NCBI GenBank assembly: GCA_045600905.1
Contig: JAZRYT010000179.1
Span: forward strand, 777 to 64,776
From: Bacteroidales bacterium
GTDB taxonomy: Bacteria; Bacteroidota; Bacteroidia; Bacteroidales; WCHB1-69
Reading direction: 5' to 3'
Length of the DNA: 64,000 nucleotides
The position numbers and the translations under genes were made by a program. Shown here one piece after another: positions 27,180 through 37,822 of this stretch (position 1 is its first letter; every line of letters starts with the position of its first letter). A model generated the notes under the pieces. It was not told where the DNA came from. It saw nothing but the letters and a program-made list of their open reading frames with translations, and did no database searches.

Positions 27180-28271
27180 ATGAAAAGATTATTTTTATTG
27201 TTGGCAGCCTGTCTGCCTATATTCGCGTGGGCACAAAAAGAATACACCTTCACCACTTATCGCAATGTGGTCAACAACGGCTACAACTTCTGGATATCGC
27301 TGCCGGACGACTATGAGGTCAAGAAGAACGAAATGCCCGTTGTTGTCTTCCTTCACGGGAACAGCTTGTGCGGCTCCGACCTCAACAGAGTGCGTCGTTA
27401 TGGCTGTTTGGATGCCATTTCGATGGGGCGTGACATTGACGCTATGGTTATCGCACCGCAAAACCCCGGTGGTCCCTGGAATCCCACACGCATTATGAAT
27501 GTGCTCAACTGGGTGCAGGAACATTTCGCGATGGACACCAACCGCATTTACGTTATTGGAATGAGTCTGGGCGGCTACGGCACATTCGACTTTGTGGCCA
27601 CGTATCCCGAAAAATTCGCAGCCGCAATGGCACTCTGTGGCGGCAGCTCACGCAAAGATTTCTGCGGTTTGAACAAGGTTCCGCTTTGGATCATCCACGG
27701 AACCGCCGACAGAGACGTTTCCATCAGCCAATCCGAGCGCATTGTGAACGCTATGAAGAACTGCGGTCCCACCAACTTGCTGCGCTTTGACAGATTCAAA
27801 GGCATCAACCACTCTCAATTAGCTAAAATGTTCTATTTGCCAGAGACTTACGAATGGCTGCTCAGCCACTCCAAGGCCGACTCCTCCCGACACGTCAATA
27901 TGGATGTGAATATCACGGTTGCCTCTTTGGGACAAGCTTACCAAAATATCAATCGCACGGCCAACACCATAAAAGTTGTAGATAAATACAACACCACCGT
28001 ACCCCAAAACAAGGATATTGACACGGCCAATCTTTCTGATGAGGCACTTGCCTCCCTCGCCAACGCGACTGTTCCGGAAAAGAAAACGCCCGCACCTGCA
28101 ACCACCCCAAAACCGGCGCCCAGCAAACCTGCCGTCCATACGGTTCGCAGCGGAGACACACTATCCGCCATAGCACGAAGATACCATACCACGGTGGAAA
28201 AGCTCTGCAAAATCAATCACATAAAAGAAACCAGTATTCTCTCTTTGGGGCAAAAAATCAAATTGCGCTAA
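27180..28271 (+). CDS. Alpha/beta-hydrolase (esterase/peptidase-like) fused to a C-terminal LysM domain
   Basis: Signal peptide; nucleophile-elbow-like GMSLGG; HGTADRDV; a Pro/Thr-rich linker; and a LysM signature HTVRSGDTLSAIARRYHTTVEKLCKINHIK...LGQKIKL. Confidence 0.7.
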   Translation: MKRLFLLLAACLPIFAWAQKEYTFTTYRNVVNNGYNFWISLPDDYEVKKNEMPVVVFLHGNSLCGSDLNRVRRYGCLDAISMGRDIDAMVIAPQNPGGPWNPTRIMNVLNWVQEHFAMDTNRIYVIGMSLGGYGTFDFVATYPEKFAAAMALCGGSSRKDFCGLNKVPLWIIHGTADRDVSISQSERIVNAMKNCGPTNLLRFDRFKGINHSQLAKMFYLPETYEWLLSHSKADSSRHVNMDVNITVASLGQAYQNINRTANTIKVVDKYNTTVPQNKDIDTANLSDEALASLANATVPEKKTPAPATTPKPAPSKPAVHTVRSGDTLSAIARRYHTTVEKLCKINHIKETSILSLGQKIKLR

Positions 28272-28279
28272 AAGGCAAT

Positions 28280-30331
28280 CTACGGGACCAAAGTCACCGT
28301 TCCGGTTTTTTCATACAAAGATCTATCAGGCAATGTGTAAGTGATTTTATACACATAGACGTCAAAAGGAGCGCGTCTCCCCTTTATCGTACCATCCCAG
28401 CCCTCATTCGGATTGCGGGTCATAAAAATCATATCTCCCGTTCTGGCGTAAACGGCGAAGAAATAATTTTCCGATGACACAAAAGTATTCACAGGCATAA
28501 ACACATTGTTAATCGACAAACGTGGCGAAAAAGCATTGGGAACGTATGTGTTCGGCATCTGTTGTAAATCCACCACATTGGAATTGCTCATATCACTGAA
28601 TCCGTATTCATCTTCTATCGGTTGTGCCACCACGTAATACTTGAATTTGGAACCTCCTTCAAATAAGGAAGACACGTCATCGTGATAAGCATTATAGGCA
28701 TACGGCGTAACCTCGCCTGGAAGAACTATGAATTCGATATCGGATTCCTGCTTCCGCATCACGCGATAATGCTCCACATCGGCTGCCGATTGGCCGTAAT
28801 TGTTCCAATTGAGGACATTCTCTTGAGCGGAAGTGGCTTCTCCCTGTAAGAATACGCTATGCGCCACCTTGGAATAACCGCTGTTGGTATGGCAGCTGTT
28901 TTCTACAAAGGTCTGATAATAATAGATTCTTTTGCTAAAATCCGCCGTATTATCCTGAAATTCGTACTCGCTATCATTTTGATAGGGCAACGTCTGCAAT
29001 GTGGTGAAATCAGTACCGTTTTCACTGCGTTGCAAGGTGATGCTATTGAATGGCAATGTATCGCCACTGGTATGAACTACGATTTGAATATGGTCGTTGT
29101 CAATAACGGAAACAGAACGAATATGCGTAATATCGTCAGAGGCACTTGCCTCCATCGTGAAATCTATGCGGTTACTGGACGCGGTGATGGTTTCATCAGC
29201 ATTATGCACACGGACAAACACTCGGTAATCGGTTTCGTTTTCCAGATTTTCTATCGTAAAGGAATGCGTGTTGGCATTGACGGTGGCAATACTTTGGTAG
29301 GACGTGCCGTGATCCGTACTCAAAAAGATTTCAAAACTGCCGACTCCGCCCGTGAGATTCGGATAGGTGCTCCAATTGATGGAAGCGCTTTTCTCGCAAG
29401 CATTAAGAGTGCCTTGATACAGGTGCAGGCCACATTGTTCATCAGCAACCATCTGCGAGCTGTTCACACAGGAATCCAGCACGGCAATTCGATAGCATCT
29501 CTCTCCGCCATTCGGGTCAATCCAATAGGTGGCATTGTAAATAGTATCTATGCTAATCCATCCATCTCCTTGAAAATAAGCGATAAAGCCATACATCATA
29601 GGATCCGTCGCGTGAAATCCCAACGCCACACGGTTGTTCTCGTCAAAAGAAACGCTATCCAAAACAGGTATGTTGGGTTGTGTCCTATCCACCAACGTAA
29701 CCGTAGCAATGGAAGTACGGAAAATGCAGTTGTTGGTAGCCGTTTCACTAATCGGATAAGTATTGGTGATACCCACAGAATAGGAAATATCCCGATAGCA
29801 CACATCTGAAGTGTCGGTATAGTTATTTACCGTATTGGGGACTGTTGCAAAGGGCAAATTCGAGAACTGGTCCTCGAAATTGTATTTTTTATAGATGAAG
29901 TAGGAATCACCCCACGTATCATCCAAAGAACCAGAGGAAGGGGCATCCCAGGAAATCAAAGCGTATGCGCTATCTGCACTTGGTTCCACGTGAATGGCCG
30001 GCATTTGCAATGTATTGGAAGTCCACAAGTTACCATCCTCATCCTTTGCTTTGATATAGCAAGAATAGGTATTCGCCTCTGTGACGTGAATATCTCGTCC
30101 ACCATAATTGCAGAGCGTGTAACCACTACCGGCCACAAACGTCTCTACGTAAGCATTATTTACAAAAAACTGATATTCAACAAAATGAGTGCAATCGTCC
30201 GTATTACTCCACGTAACGTGCAATGTTGTTCCGTTATTTAACTGCAAACACTGCAGTGTGGGAGGATCGTATGCCCACACAACATTTGCCAGAGATGTGA
30301 AAAGCAAAAATGTATAGAGTATTTTTCTCAT
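28280..30331 (-). CDS. Multi-Fn3-like surface protein with a type B T9SS (gliding-motility-associated, CHU_C-type) C-terminal domain
   Basis: 683 aa with a signal peptide. The C-terminus VPNAFSPR...FAVYARTGDMIF...EGWDGTIKGRRAPFDVYVYKITY...TGTVTLVP matches the TIGR04131-type pattern. Last gene of the sigma-factor operon. Confidence 0.75.
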   Translation of the reverse strand: MRKILYTFLLFTSLANVVWAYDPPTLQCLQLNNGTTLHVTWSNTDDCTHFVEYQFFVNNAYVETFVAGSGYTLCNYGGRDIHVTEANTYSCYIKAKDEDGNLWTSNTLQMPAIHVEPSADSAYALISWDAPSSGSLDDTWGDSYFIYKKYNFEDQFSNLPFATVPNTVNNYTDTSDVCYRDISYSVGITNTYPISETATNNCIFRTSIATVTLVDRTQPNIPVLDSVSFDENNRVALGFHATDPMMYGFIAYFQGDGWISIDTIYNATYWIDPNGGERCYRIAVLDSCVNSSQMVADEQCGLHLYQGTLNACEKSASINWSTYPNLTGGVGSFEIFLSTDHGTSYQSIATVNANTHSFTIENLENETDYRVFVRVHNADETITASSNRIDFTMEASASDDITHIRSVSVIDNDHIQIVVHTSGDTLPFNSITLQRSENGTDFTTLQTLPYQNDSEYEFQDNTADFSKRIYYYQTFVENSCHTNSGYSKVAHSVFLQGEATSAQENVLNWNNYGQSAADVEHYRVMRKQESDIEFIVLPGEVTPYAYNAYHDDVSSLFEGGSKFKYYVVAQPIEDEYGFSDMSNSNVVDLQQMPNTYVPNAFSPRLSINNVFMPVNTFVSSENYFFAVYARTGDMIFMTRNPNEGWDGTIKGRRAPFDVYVYKITYTLPDRSLYEKTGTVTLVP

Positions 30332-30353
30332 ATAATTATCCTAATAAAAAAAA

Positions 30354-31634
30354 TCAACAATTGCCACCAACGATGATTTGGGTAAATTTATTGTGTGGAT
30401 AATATTTTTTTGCCAAAAATAAAATCTGTTCGGCCGTAATATCTCTAACTATCTGAATCATAGCATGGAATTCCGACTCATCCAATTGATGATGATGCCA
30501 ATAAGCCAATCGTTTGAGGTATGAGACCGAGTTTTCAACATCTCTAAGTAGCTCGCCGAGGATATAATTTCGCACAGAATCGAGTTCTTCTTGGGGTACG
30601 AGTTCAAGTCTCAAGCGCTCTAATTCTTCAAAACAAGCCTCCATAGAAGCCTTAGTATTTTGAATGTTCACATCGCTATTGATAATGAAGATGGACTGGT
30701 TTCCGAAATAGACAGAGCCGGAAGAGATGCCGTAGGTATATCCGTTTTTCTCGCGGAGATTCTGCATAAGGCGTGACCCGAAATAGCCTCCTGTAATGGT
30801 GGAAAGAATGGAAAATTCGCGTCGTTCGGCATCAGAATAGGCCATCATCGGCTGGCACAACGTGATGGATGACTGCACACTGTTCTCCATCTTTTCAAAA
30901 ACCAAAGGTGTGGTATCTGAAGGCAACGGGAGATTTTCAATATTGGCAATAGCAACGCCATTGGGAATCTGCTCGAAAATCTCACAAACAAAGGATTCCA
31001 GCTCGGCATCAAAATTTCCAGTGGCAAAAAGACTGATGTTTTCCGCGCAGAAGGTCCTTTGATGAAAAGCCATCATCTGGGGAATGGTGACGGCCTGCAG
31101 GTTTTCCTTCGTCGAGAACTGTCCGGCCGTCTTGTCGTCACCGAACATCGCATGCAGCATCAATTGCGTGTTGCGCACATCGGTTTTTTTGGAATTGTAT
31201 TCCAAATCCTTTATCTTCAAATTTTTATAAACGGACAAATTCGTCTCGCGATAAGCAGGATGAGACATAAAGTCCATAATCACGGGCAGGATTTGCTTCA
31301 CATTCTTTTTCGGGACAGAAATACTCACCACCGTCTTATCCAGCGATTCGGAAACGGTATAATGTGTGCCGTAGAAATCCAGCAAATCCGCTATCTCATT
31401 GGAAGAATGGTCTTTCGAACTTTCTTTCAACAGCGCGTACGTGAATAAGGCGATATGTTTCTGATTCTCGTGCAAAATGCCGACATTCAATTGAATCAGG
31501 AAATGTATCAGATCCAAATTCTCATTATCAATAATGAAAAAAGGAATCTGGTTTAGAAGGGTCAGCTGGCGAGGCTTTGCCAACTGAATTTCAGAAATCG
31601 GATGTTGATCAGGGGTGATAGAACGATTTAGCAT
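30354..31634 (-). CDS. M16 (insulinase/pitrilysin) family homolog lacking the HxxEH zinc motif, so probably non-catalytic
   Basis: Two-lobed M16-like layout. The expected HxxEH position reads IALFTYALLKES. ATG at 31634; the track start at 31676 is GTG. Confidence 0.6.
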   Translation of the reverse strand: MLNRSITPDQHPISEIQLAKPRQLTLLNQIPFFIIDNENLDLIHFLIQLNVGILHENQKHIALFTYALLKESSKDHSSNEIADLLDFYGTHYTVSESLDKTVVSISVPKKNVKQILPVIMDFMSHPAYRETNLSVYKNLKIKDLEYNSKKTDVRNTQLMLHAMFGDDKTAGQFSTKENLQAVTIPQMMAFHQRTFCAENISLFATGNFDAELESFVCEIFEQIPNGVAIANIENLPLPSDTTPLVFEKMENSVQSSITLCQPMMAYSDAERREFSILSTITGGYFGSRLMQNLREKNGYTYGISSGSVYFGNQSIFIINSDVNIQNTKASMEACFEELERLRLELVPQEELDSVRNYILGELLRDVENSVSYLKRLAYWHHHQLDESEFHAMIQIVRDITAEQILFLAKKYYPHNKFTQIIVGGNC

Positions 31635-31650
31635 AATAAGACAGCAAAAA

Positions 31651-32508
31651 TTATCGAATGAGGGTGACTTGGCCACGACGAGTGGATTGTTTTCCCTCCG
31701 GATTAGTGAATTTCACAATATAATTATAGACCTCACTGGGTAAATCTCGGCCGCGGAAAGAGCCATCCCAACCAAGCCTCATATCCTTATTGAGAAACAC
31801 CAGTTCACCTTTTCTCGAATAGATAGCGATTTCGAATGAGAGCGGCGTGAAATCAGCTTCAACTTTAAACAGGTCATTGACACCATCTCCATTGGGAGTA
31901 AAGGCATTAGGGATAAAAAGTTGGTAATTATTGGTTGGTGTTTCCGGTTCCTCAGATGAATGGGCATTATCATCTTGACTTTTGACAGAGGAAACAAAGA
32001 CCGATTTTGCCGGTTTGCTAACTGAAGAAGGAACTGAAGTCACATCTGGTGCGCGTTTTTCAACCTTGGCAGCTATCGGAGCGGACGGCGCAGAAGGTTT
32101 GGAAGCAGCGGGGGCAACCGCCGGTACAATATCCTCAAGTACAGGCTGAGACGGGAAATTTGTCGTCGTCGGTACTGCCTCTTTTTGCATCGGCAGTGAT
32201 TCAGAAGTACGAACTTGAGTCACTTCTTCTGATTTTGCTTGGGCCACAGGTTCCGTTTGACGAACCGTAACCTCTTGAGGAACAACAGTTTTATCCGGCT
32301 CTTCTACAGACTTCTTAGGAGAAGAAGCAAGCAGAACCGTCGCCACCACCACAGCCACTACTACAGCTGGAACTACACCCAACAGGCATATTCGCTGCCA
32401 GCGTTTGCGCCGATTAAAACGCACGAGCTGCGCGTCGTTCACAATCGTTTCCCACGCAGATTCCTCTACTGGAAGCTTATAATTTTTAACAGAGTCTTTT
32501 AATTCCAT
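31651..32508 (-). CDS. Single-pass membrane protein (anti-sigma-like position) with a Pro/Ser/Val-rich linker and a type B T9SS C-terminal domain
   Basis: ATG at 32508, 22 nt after the sigma gene stop. About 40 aa N-terminal, then TM ICLLGVVPAVVVAVVVATVLLA, a low-complexity linker of about 170 aa, and the C-terminus IPNAFTPNGDGVNDLF...GWDGSFRGRDLPSEVYNYIV...RRGQVTLIR. Confidence 0.7.
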   Translation of the reverse strand: MELKDSVKNYKLPVEESAWETIVNDAQLVRFNRRKRWQRICLLGVVPAVVVAVVVATVLLASSPKKSVEEPDKTVVPQEVTVRQTEPVAQAKSEEVTQVRTSESLPMQKEAVPTTTNFPSQPVLEDIVPAVAPAASKPSAPSAPIAAKVEKRAPDVTSVPSSVSKPAKSVFVSSVKSQDDNAHSSEEPETPTNNYQLFIPNAFTPNGDGVNDLFKVEADFTPLSFEIAIYSRKGELVFLNKDMRLGWDGSFRGRDLPSEVYNYIVKFTNPEGKQSTRRGQVTLIR

Positions 32509-32530
32509 ATTCTTATTACGTATTCTGGTT

Positions 32531-33088
32531 TCAAATATTAAATTCTTCGTCATTAAGGTATTCCCTGATTTTTTTCTGCAGTGCCAATTTGGCACGATGG
32601 ACAATTACTCTAACGTTACTTGTAGCAACGCCCATCATGTCCGATATCTGTTTTTGCGAATAACCGTCCAACACAAACATATTAAACATTATGCGGGAAG
32701 TGTGGGGAAGTGTGTTGACAAACTCCATCAATTTCTCAAAAGAAAGCACTTCCGGGAAAAAAGGTTTCGTAATATCCCTTATCGACTCTCTGTCTTCCAA
32801 TGTAACCATAGGATAACGCACCTTTCTTCTATAATAATCTATCGACTTATTGACTGAAATCCTATAAATCCAACCACCAAGAGAGTCGATGTGATCAAAT
32901 TCGTTGAAATGAGTAAGAATAAAGACAAAAATGTCATGAAAAAGGTCTTTTTCTTCCTCAGAGTTCAGGGCATATCGATGGCACACACCTTGGACAATGG
33001 GACCATATTCAAGATATAACTGCTTCTGGTATTGACTTTTACCAGACAAACAGCCTTTAACGATTATTTTTTCTTCCTCAGTCAACAT
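32531..33088 (-). CDS. ECF-type RNA polymerase sigma-70 family factor
   Basis: Region 2-like FHDIFVFILTHFNEFD and region 4 HTH SQKQISDMMGVATSNVRVIVHRAKLALQKKI. ATG at 33088; the track start at 33139 is TTG. Confidence 0.8.
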   Translation of the reverse strand: MLTEEEKIIVKGCLSGKSQYQKQLYLEYGPIVQGVCHRYALNSEEEKDLFHDIFVFILTHFNEFDHIDSLGGWIYRISVNKSIDYYRRKVRYPMVTLEDRESIRDITKPFFPEVLSFEKLMEFVNTLPHTSRIMFNMFVLDGYSQKQISDMMGVATSNVRVIVHRAKLALQKKIREYLNDEEFNI

Positions 33089-33181
33089 ATAATTCAACAA
33101 TCTGCTTAACGAAAAATACCCCCAAAACGTTACACTCAAAATTCATTTTTTTTCGTTTTTTTGCAGAAATTTTTTTCACGG

Positions 33182-33790
33182 ATGAAACAGCTGCAAAAAT
33201 CGTATTTTTTAGAGAATGACGTGTTAGCCATAACTCGCAATCTATTAGGCAAATACGTTTTCACATGCAAAGACGGGCAGATTTCAGGCGGCATCATTTC
33301 AGAAGTTGAGGCCTACAACGGAATTGACGACCGGGCCTCACACGCTTTCGGAGGAAGAAGAACGAACCGCAATGAAATGATGTACCACGAAGGAGGGGTT
33401 GTCTATATGTATCTTTGCTACGGGATGCACGCGATGTTGAATTTCGTAACCAACCAGGAAGGCATTCCTGACGCCGTGCTCATTCGCGGCATCATCCCCA
33501 CTCACGGAGAAGAACTGATGTTACAACGAACCGGCAAGACGCACATTTCTCCCGACATTTCCAATGGACCGGGGAAAGTCAGCAAAGCCCTAGGACTTAC
33601 TGTATCAGACAACGGGCTTTCTCTCCTTTCAGAAACCATCTGGTTGGAAGACAGAGGTCTGCACATCCCGGACAATCAAATCGACATCACCCCCCGCATC
33701 GGTGTTGATTATGCCGGAGAAGATGCCCGGCTGCCCTATCGATTTGTCTTAAACAAAAATTTCGAAATTAAAAATTCCTTATATGTCTAG
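33182..33790 (+). CDS. DNA-3-methyladenine glycosylase (MPG/AAG family)
   Basis: LLGKYVF...GGIISEVEAYNGIDDRASHAFGGRRT.RNEMMY..GG..YMYLCYGMH matches the PF02245-type pattern. ATG at 33182. Confidence 0.8.
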   Translation: MKQLQKSYFLENDVLAITRNLLGKYVFTCKDGQISGGIISEVEAYNGIDDRASHAFGGRRTNRNEMMYHEGGVVYMYLCYGMHAMLNFVTNQEGIPDAVLIRGIIPTHGEELMLQRTGKTHISPDISNGPGKVSKALGLTVSDNGLSLLSETIWLEDRGLHIPDNQIDITPRIGVDYAGEDARLPYRFVLNKNFEIKNSLYV

Positions 33791-34826
33791 AATTATATTT
33801 TTCATCGTATTTATGGTGTTCATTGTCGGGATGTTGGCAATGGACTTAGGGATTTTCCACAAAAAAGACCACGAGATCAAAATCAAAGAGGCTGCCATTT
33901 GGACGTGCGTCTGGGTACTGATGGCGATGGCAATGGCTCTGCTCATCCGTTTCAGAGCGGAATGGATACACGGAATTTCCGATATGGAGGATTTGCTCGC
34001 CTTTGCCAGTGGAAGTTCGTTGAAAGAGCTAATCCAACCGGGTATGGACTACGCTTCAGCTCTCGGAATTTACCGAAAGGAGATGGCCAACCAATTCCTT
34101 GCGGGCTACTTCTTGGAGGAATCGCTTTCCATCGACAACATTTTCGTAATGATTATGATTTTTGTCAGTTTCGGCATTGACAAGAAATATTACCACAGAG
34201 TGCTGTTTTGGGGCATCTTGGGAGCTATTATCATGCGATTCATCTTCATCTTCGCATTGGGAGCCGTAGTGGAGCGTTTTTCCTGGATTCTCGCTATTTT
34301 CGGCGTCATTCTCATCTTTTCCGGCATGAAAATGTTCAAAGACAAGGGCGATGAAAAAATCGACACGGCCAACCATCCTGTTGTGAAATTCGCGTCAAGA
34401 CATTTCCGCGTCACTCCGAACTTGGAAGGTCACAACTTCTTCAGCAAGATTGACGACAAGAATTTCATCACCCCACTCTTTTTGGTCTTACTCGTCATTG
34501 AATTCTCCGACATCATCTTTGCCGTCGATTCCATTCCGGCCGTCTTCTCCGTCACCACCGACACCTTCATCGTATTCTTCTCCAACATCTTCGCCATTAT
34601 GGGACTGCGTTCCCTATTCTTCCTTTTAAGCAACGTGACCGACAAATTCTGGCTGTTGAAATATGGTTTGGGCGTACTGTTGTGCTTCATCGGATTGAAG
34701 ATGATCGGGCACGAATTTTTCCACATCAATATTTCCACAACCGCTTCCCTCTTCATTATTTTGGGAATCCTCGTGGTATCAGTAGTCAGCTCATTGGTTT
34801 TCCCAAAAAGAGAAGCCGCACAATAA
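33783..34826 (+). CDS. TerC family integral membrane protein
   Basis: Polytopic; FLEESLSIDNIFVMIMIF and a second EFSDIIFAVDSIPAVF repeat are typical of TerC/Alx. It overlaps the upstream gene by 8 nt. Confidence 0.8.
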   Translation: MSRIIFFIVFMVFIVGMLAMDLGIFHKKDHEIKIKEAAIWTCVWVLMAMAMALLIRFRAEWIHGISDMEDLLAFASGSSLKELIQPGMDYASALGIYRKEMANQFLAGYFLEESLSIDNIFVMIMIFVSFGIDKKYYHRVLFWGILGAIIMRFIFIFALGAVVERFSWILAIFGVILIFSGMKMFKDKGDEKIDTANHPVVKFASRHFRVTPNLEGHNFFSKIDDKNFITPLFLVLLVIEFSDIIFAVDSIPAVFSVTTDTFIVFFSNIFAIMGLRSLFFLLSNVTDKFWLLKYGLGVLLCFIGLKMIGHEFFHINISTTASLFIILGILVVSVVSSLVFPKREAAQ

Positions 34827-34850
34827 AACGACCTTAGTCTCAGCCAAATT

Positions 34851-35516
34851 ATGAAGTTATATATCGTACCCACACCCATCGGCAATTTGGAGGACATCAC
34901 GCTGCGCGCGCTCAACGTGTTAAAGTCCGCAGATTTCATTCTCTGCGAGGACACCCGCACCACGAAGAACCTGCTGAAGCACTACGAAATCGACAAGCGC
35001 TGCGTTGCCTACCATATTTTCAACGAGCACGAGCAGTTGAACCATTTCATCAGCCAAATCAAAGCCAGCGACAACGTGGCATTGGTCAGCGATGCCGGTA
35101 CACCAGGCATTTCAGACCCAGGGTTCCTTCTAATCCGCGAATGCATTGCCCAAGATATCGAAGTGGAATGCCTTCCCGGCGCGACGGCCTTTGTTCCCGC
35201 CATAGTGCAATCCGGGCTGCCCTGCAGCAGCTTCTATTTTTACGGATTTCTCCCTCACAAAAAAGGGAAAGAATCCCTGCTGAAACGCGTTGCGGAAATG
35301 GAGGAGACCGTCATCTTCTACGAATCGCCACACCGTTTAATCAAATCTTTGGAAAAGATGGCCGAGATTTTGGGAGCAGACCGGATAATCTCCATATCAA
35401 AAGAGCTGACAAAGATTTACGCCCACACGTTCCGAGGAACGATAGCCGAAGCCATCGAATATTTCGGGCAAAAGGAAGTGAAGGGTGAATTTGTTATGAT
35501 TATTTCACCAAAATAA
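34851..35516 (+). CDS. rsmI: 16S rRNA (cytidine1402-2'-O)-methyltransferase
   Basis: LYIVPTPIGNLEDITLRALNVLKSADFILCEDTRTTKNLL...SDAGTPGISDPG is the RsmI signature. Confidence 0.85.
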   Translation: MKLYIVPTPIGNLEDITLRALNVLKSADFILCEDTRTTKNLLKHYEIDKRCVAYHIFNEHEQLNHFISQIKASDNVALVSDAGTPGISDPGFLLIRECIAQDIEVECLPGATAFVPAIVQSGLPCSSFYFYGFLPHKKGKESLLKRVAEMEETVIFYESPHRLIKSLEKMAEILGADRIISISKELTKIYAHTFRGTIAEAIEYFGQKEVKGEFVMIISPK

Positions 35517-35572
35517 TAAATAAAAGGCAGACATTCATAAAGTTTTGATCACCAAACTGGCAAAAATTTGTG

Positions 35573-35580
35573 TATGTTTG
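35573..35580 (+). promoter_or_regulatory. -7 box TATGTTTG upstream of eno
   Basis: 32 nt upstream of the ATG at 35612. Confidence 0.55.
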
Positions 35581-35605
35581 CGCGTTTTTTAACCAATTAA
35601 CATAA

Positions 35606-36901
<1,296 letters not shown>

Positions 36902-36902
36902 T

Positions 36903-36936
36903 AAAAAAAGGCTGCTCAATTGAGCAGCCTTTTTTT
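36903..36936. terminator. Bidirectional intrinsic terminator between eno (+) and the response regulator (-)
   Basis: The sequence A7-GGCTGCTCAATTGAGCAGCC-T7 is a perfect palindrome. The T-run overlaps the response regulator stop codon. Confidence 0.85.
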
Positions 36937-37615
36937 ACATGACAAATTTGAAACCGACACCGTGTACATTAATAATCTGTATCTTGGGTTCGCTTTTAAA
37001 ATACTTTCTTAGTTTGGTAATATAGACATCCATATTACGCGCATTGTAGAAGCTGTCATCGCCCCAGATTTTCTTCAGCGCATATCCACGTTCCAAAACA
37101 TCGTTCTTCTTATCTATCAACATTTCCAACAGCTGGGCCTCACGTGTCGTGATTTTCTTTTCCTCACCCTGAATGGTGAGAATCTGGCGTTTTTTGTCAA
37201 AAAGAATACTACCTAATTCCAACACATCCACAGTTTCCTCATGATTGATGGTTCGGCGTAGCAATGCCTGAATACGAGCCACCAGAACGTCAATAGCGAA
37301 CGGCTTCGTGATATAGTCATCACCACCAATTGACAGACCTTTAATCATATCTTCCTGCAAATTCTTAGCTGTCAAGAAAATGATAGGAACTTTTTTGTCC
37401 AATTTGCGTATTTCCTGCGTCAAAGTAAAGCCGTCCATAAGGGGCATCATAACGTCAATAATACATATATCAAAGGTGCCCATACAAAACTGTTCATACG
37501 CAATTTCGCCATTTGTAGCGTGTGTGACTTCAAATCCTTTGCCTGTCAAATATGTGGTCAGAACTTTACCCAAATTGACATCATCTTCTGCAAATAAAAT
37601 TTTAATAGCGTCCAT
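36935..37615 (-). CDS. OmpR/PhoB-type response regulator (no adjacent histidine kinase)
   Basis: Receiver domain (ILFAEDD...IIDVMMPLMDG...LTAK) plus a winged-helix output domain (...LTTREAQLLEML...VYITKLRKYF...I.NVHGVGFKF). Confidence 0.85.
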   Translation of the reverse strand: MDAIKILFAEDDVNLGKVLTTYLTGKGFEVTHATNGEIAYEQFCMGTFDICIIDVMMPLMDGFTLTQEIRKLDKKVPIIFLTAKNLQEDMIKGLSIGGDDYITKPFAIDVLVARIQALLRRTINHEETVDVLELGSILFDKKRQILTIQGEEKKITTREAQLLEMLIDKKNDVLERGYALKKIWGDDSFYNARNMDVYITKLRKYFKSEPKIQIINVHGVGFKFVM

Positions 37616-37663
37616 AATTCAAAATTTTATAAAACAACACTTCTTCTTTTAAAGAGGAGGGTG

Positions 37664-37671
37664 CAAAAATA
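37664..37671 (-). promoter_or_regulatory. -7 box TATTTTTG upstream of the response regulator
   Basis: 49 nt upstream of the ATG at 37615. Confidence 0.5.
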
Positions 37672-37732
37672 GGAAAAAAACATATTCAAGAAAAAAAAAT
37701 AGCGAAAAATATTAATGTATTATTAAAAATTG

Positions 37733-37740
37733 TATTTTTG
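37733..37740 (+). promoter_or_regulatory. -7 box TATTTTTG upstream of the CHB_HEX_C T9SS cargo gene
   Basis: 83 nt upstream of the ATG at 37823. Confidence 0.5.
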
Positions 37741-37822
37741 CAGCGTTTTTGTATGTATGTTCTGATTTTGTAATTTTAGTTTAAATCATTTATTTACAAC
37801 AAACTAAATACAAAATATTTTT

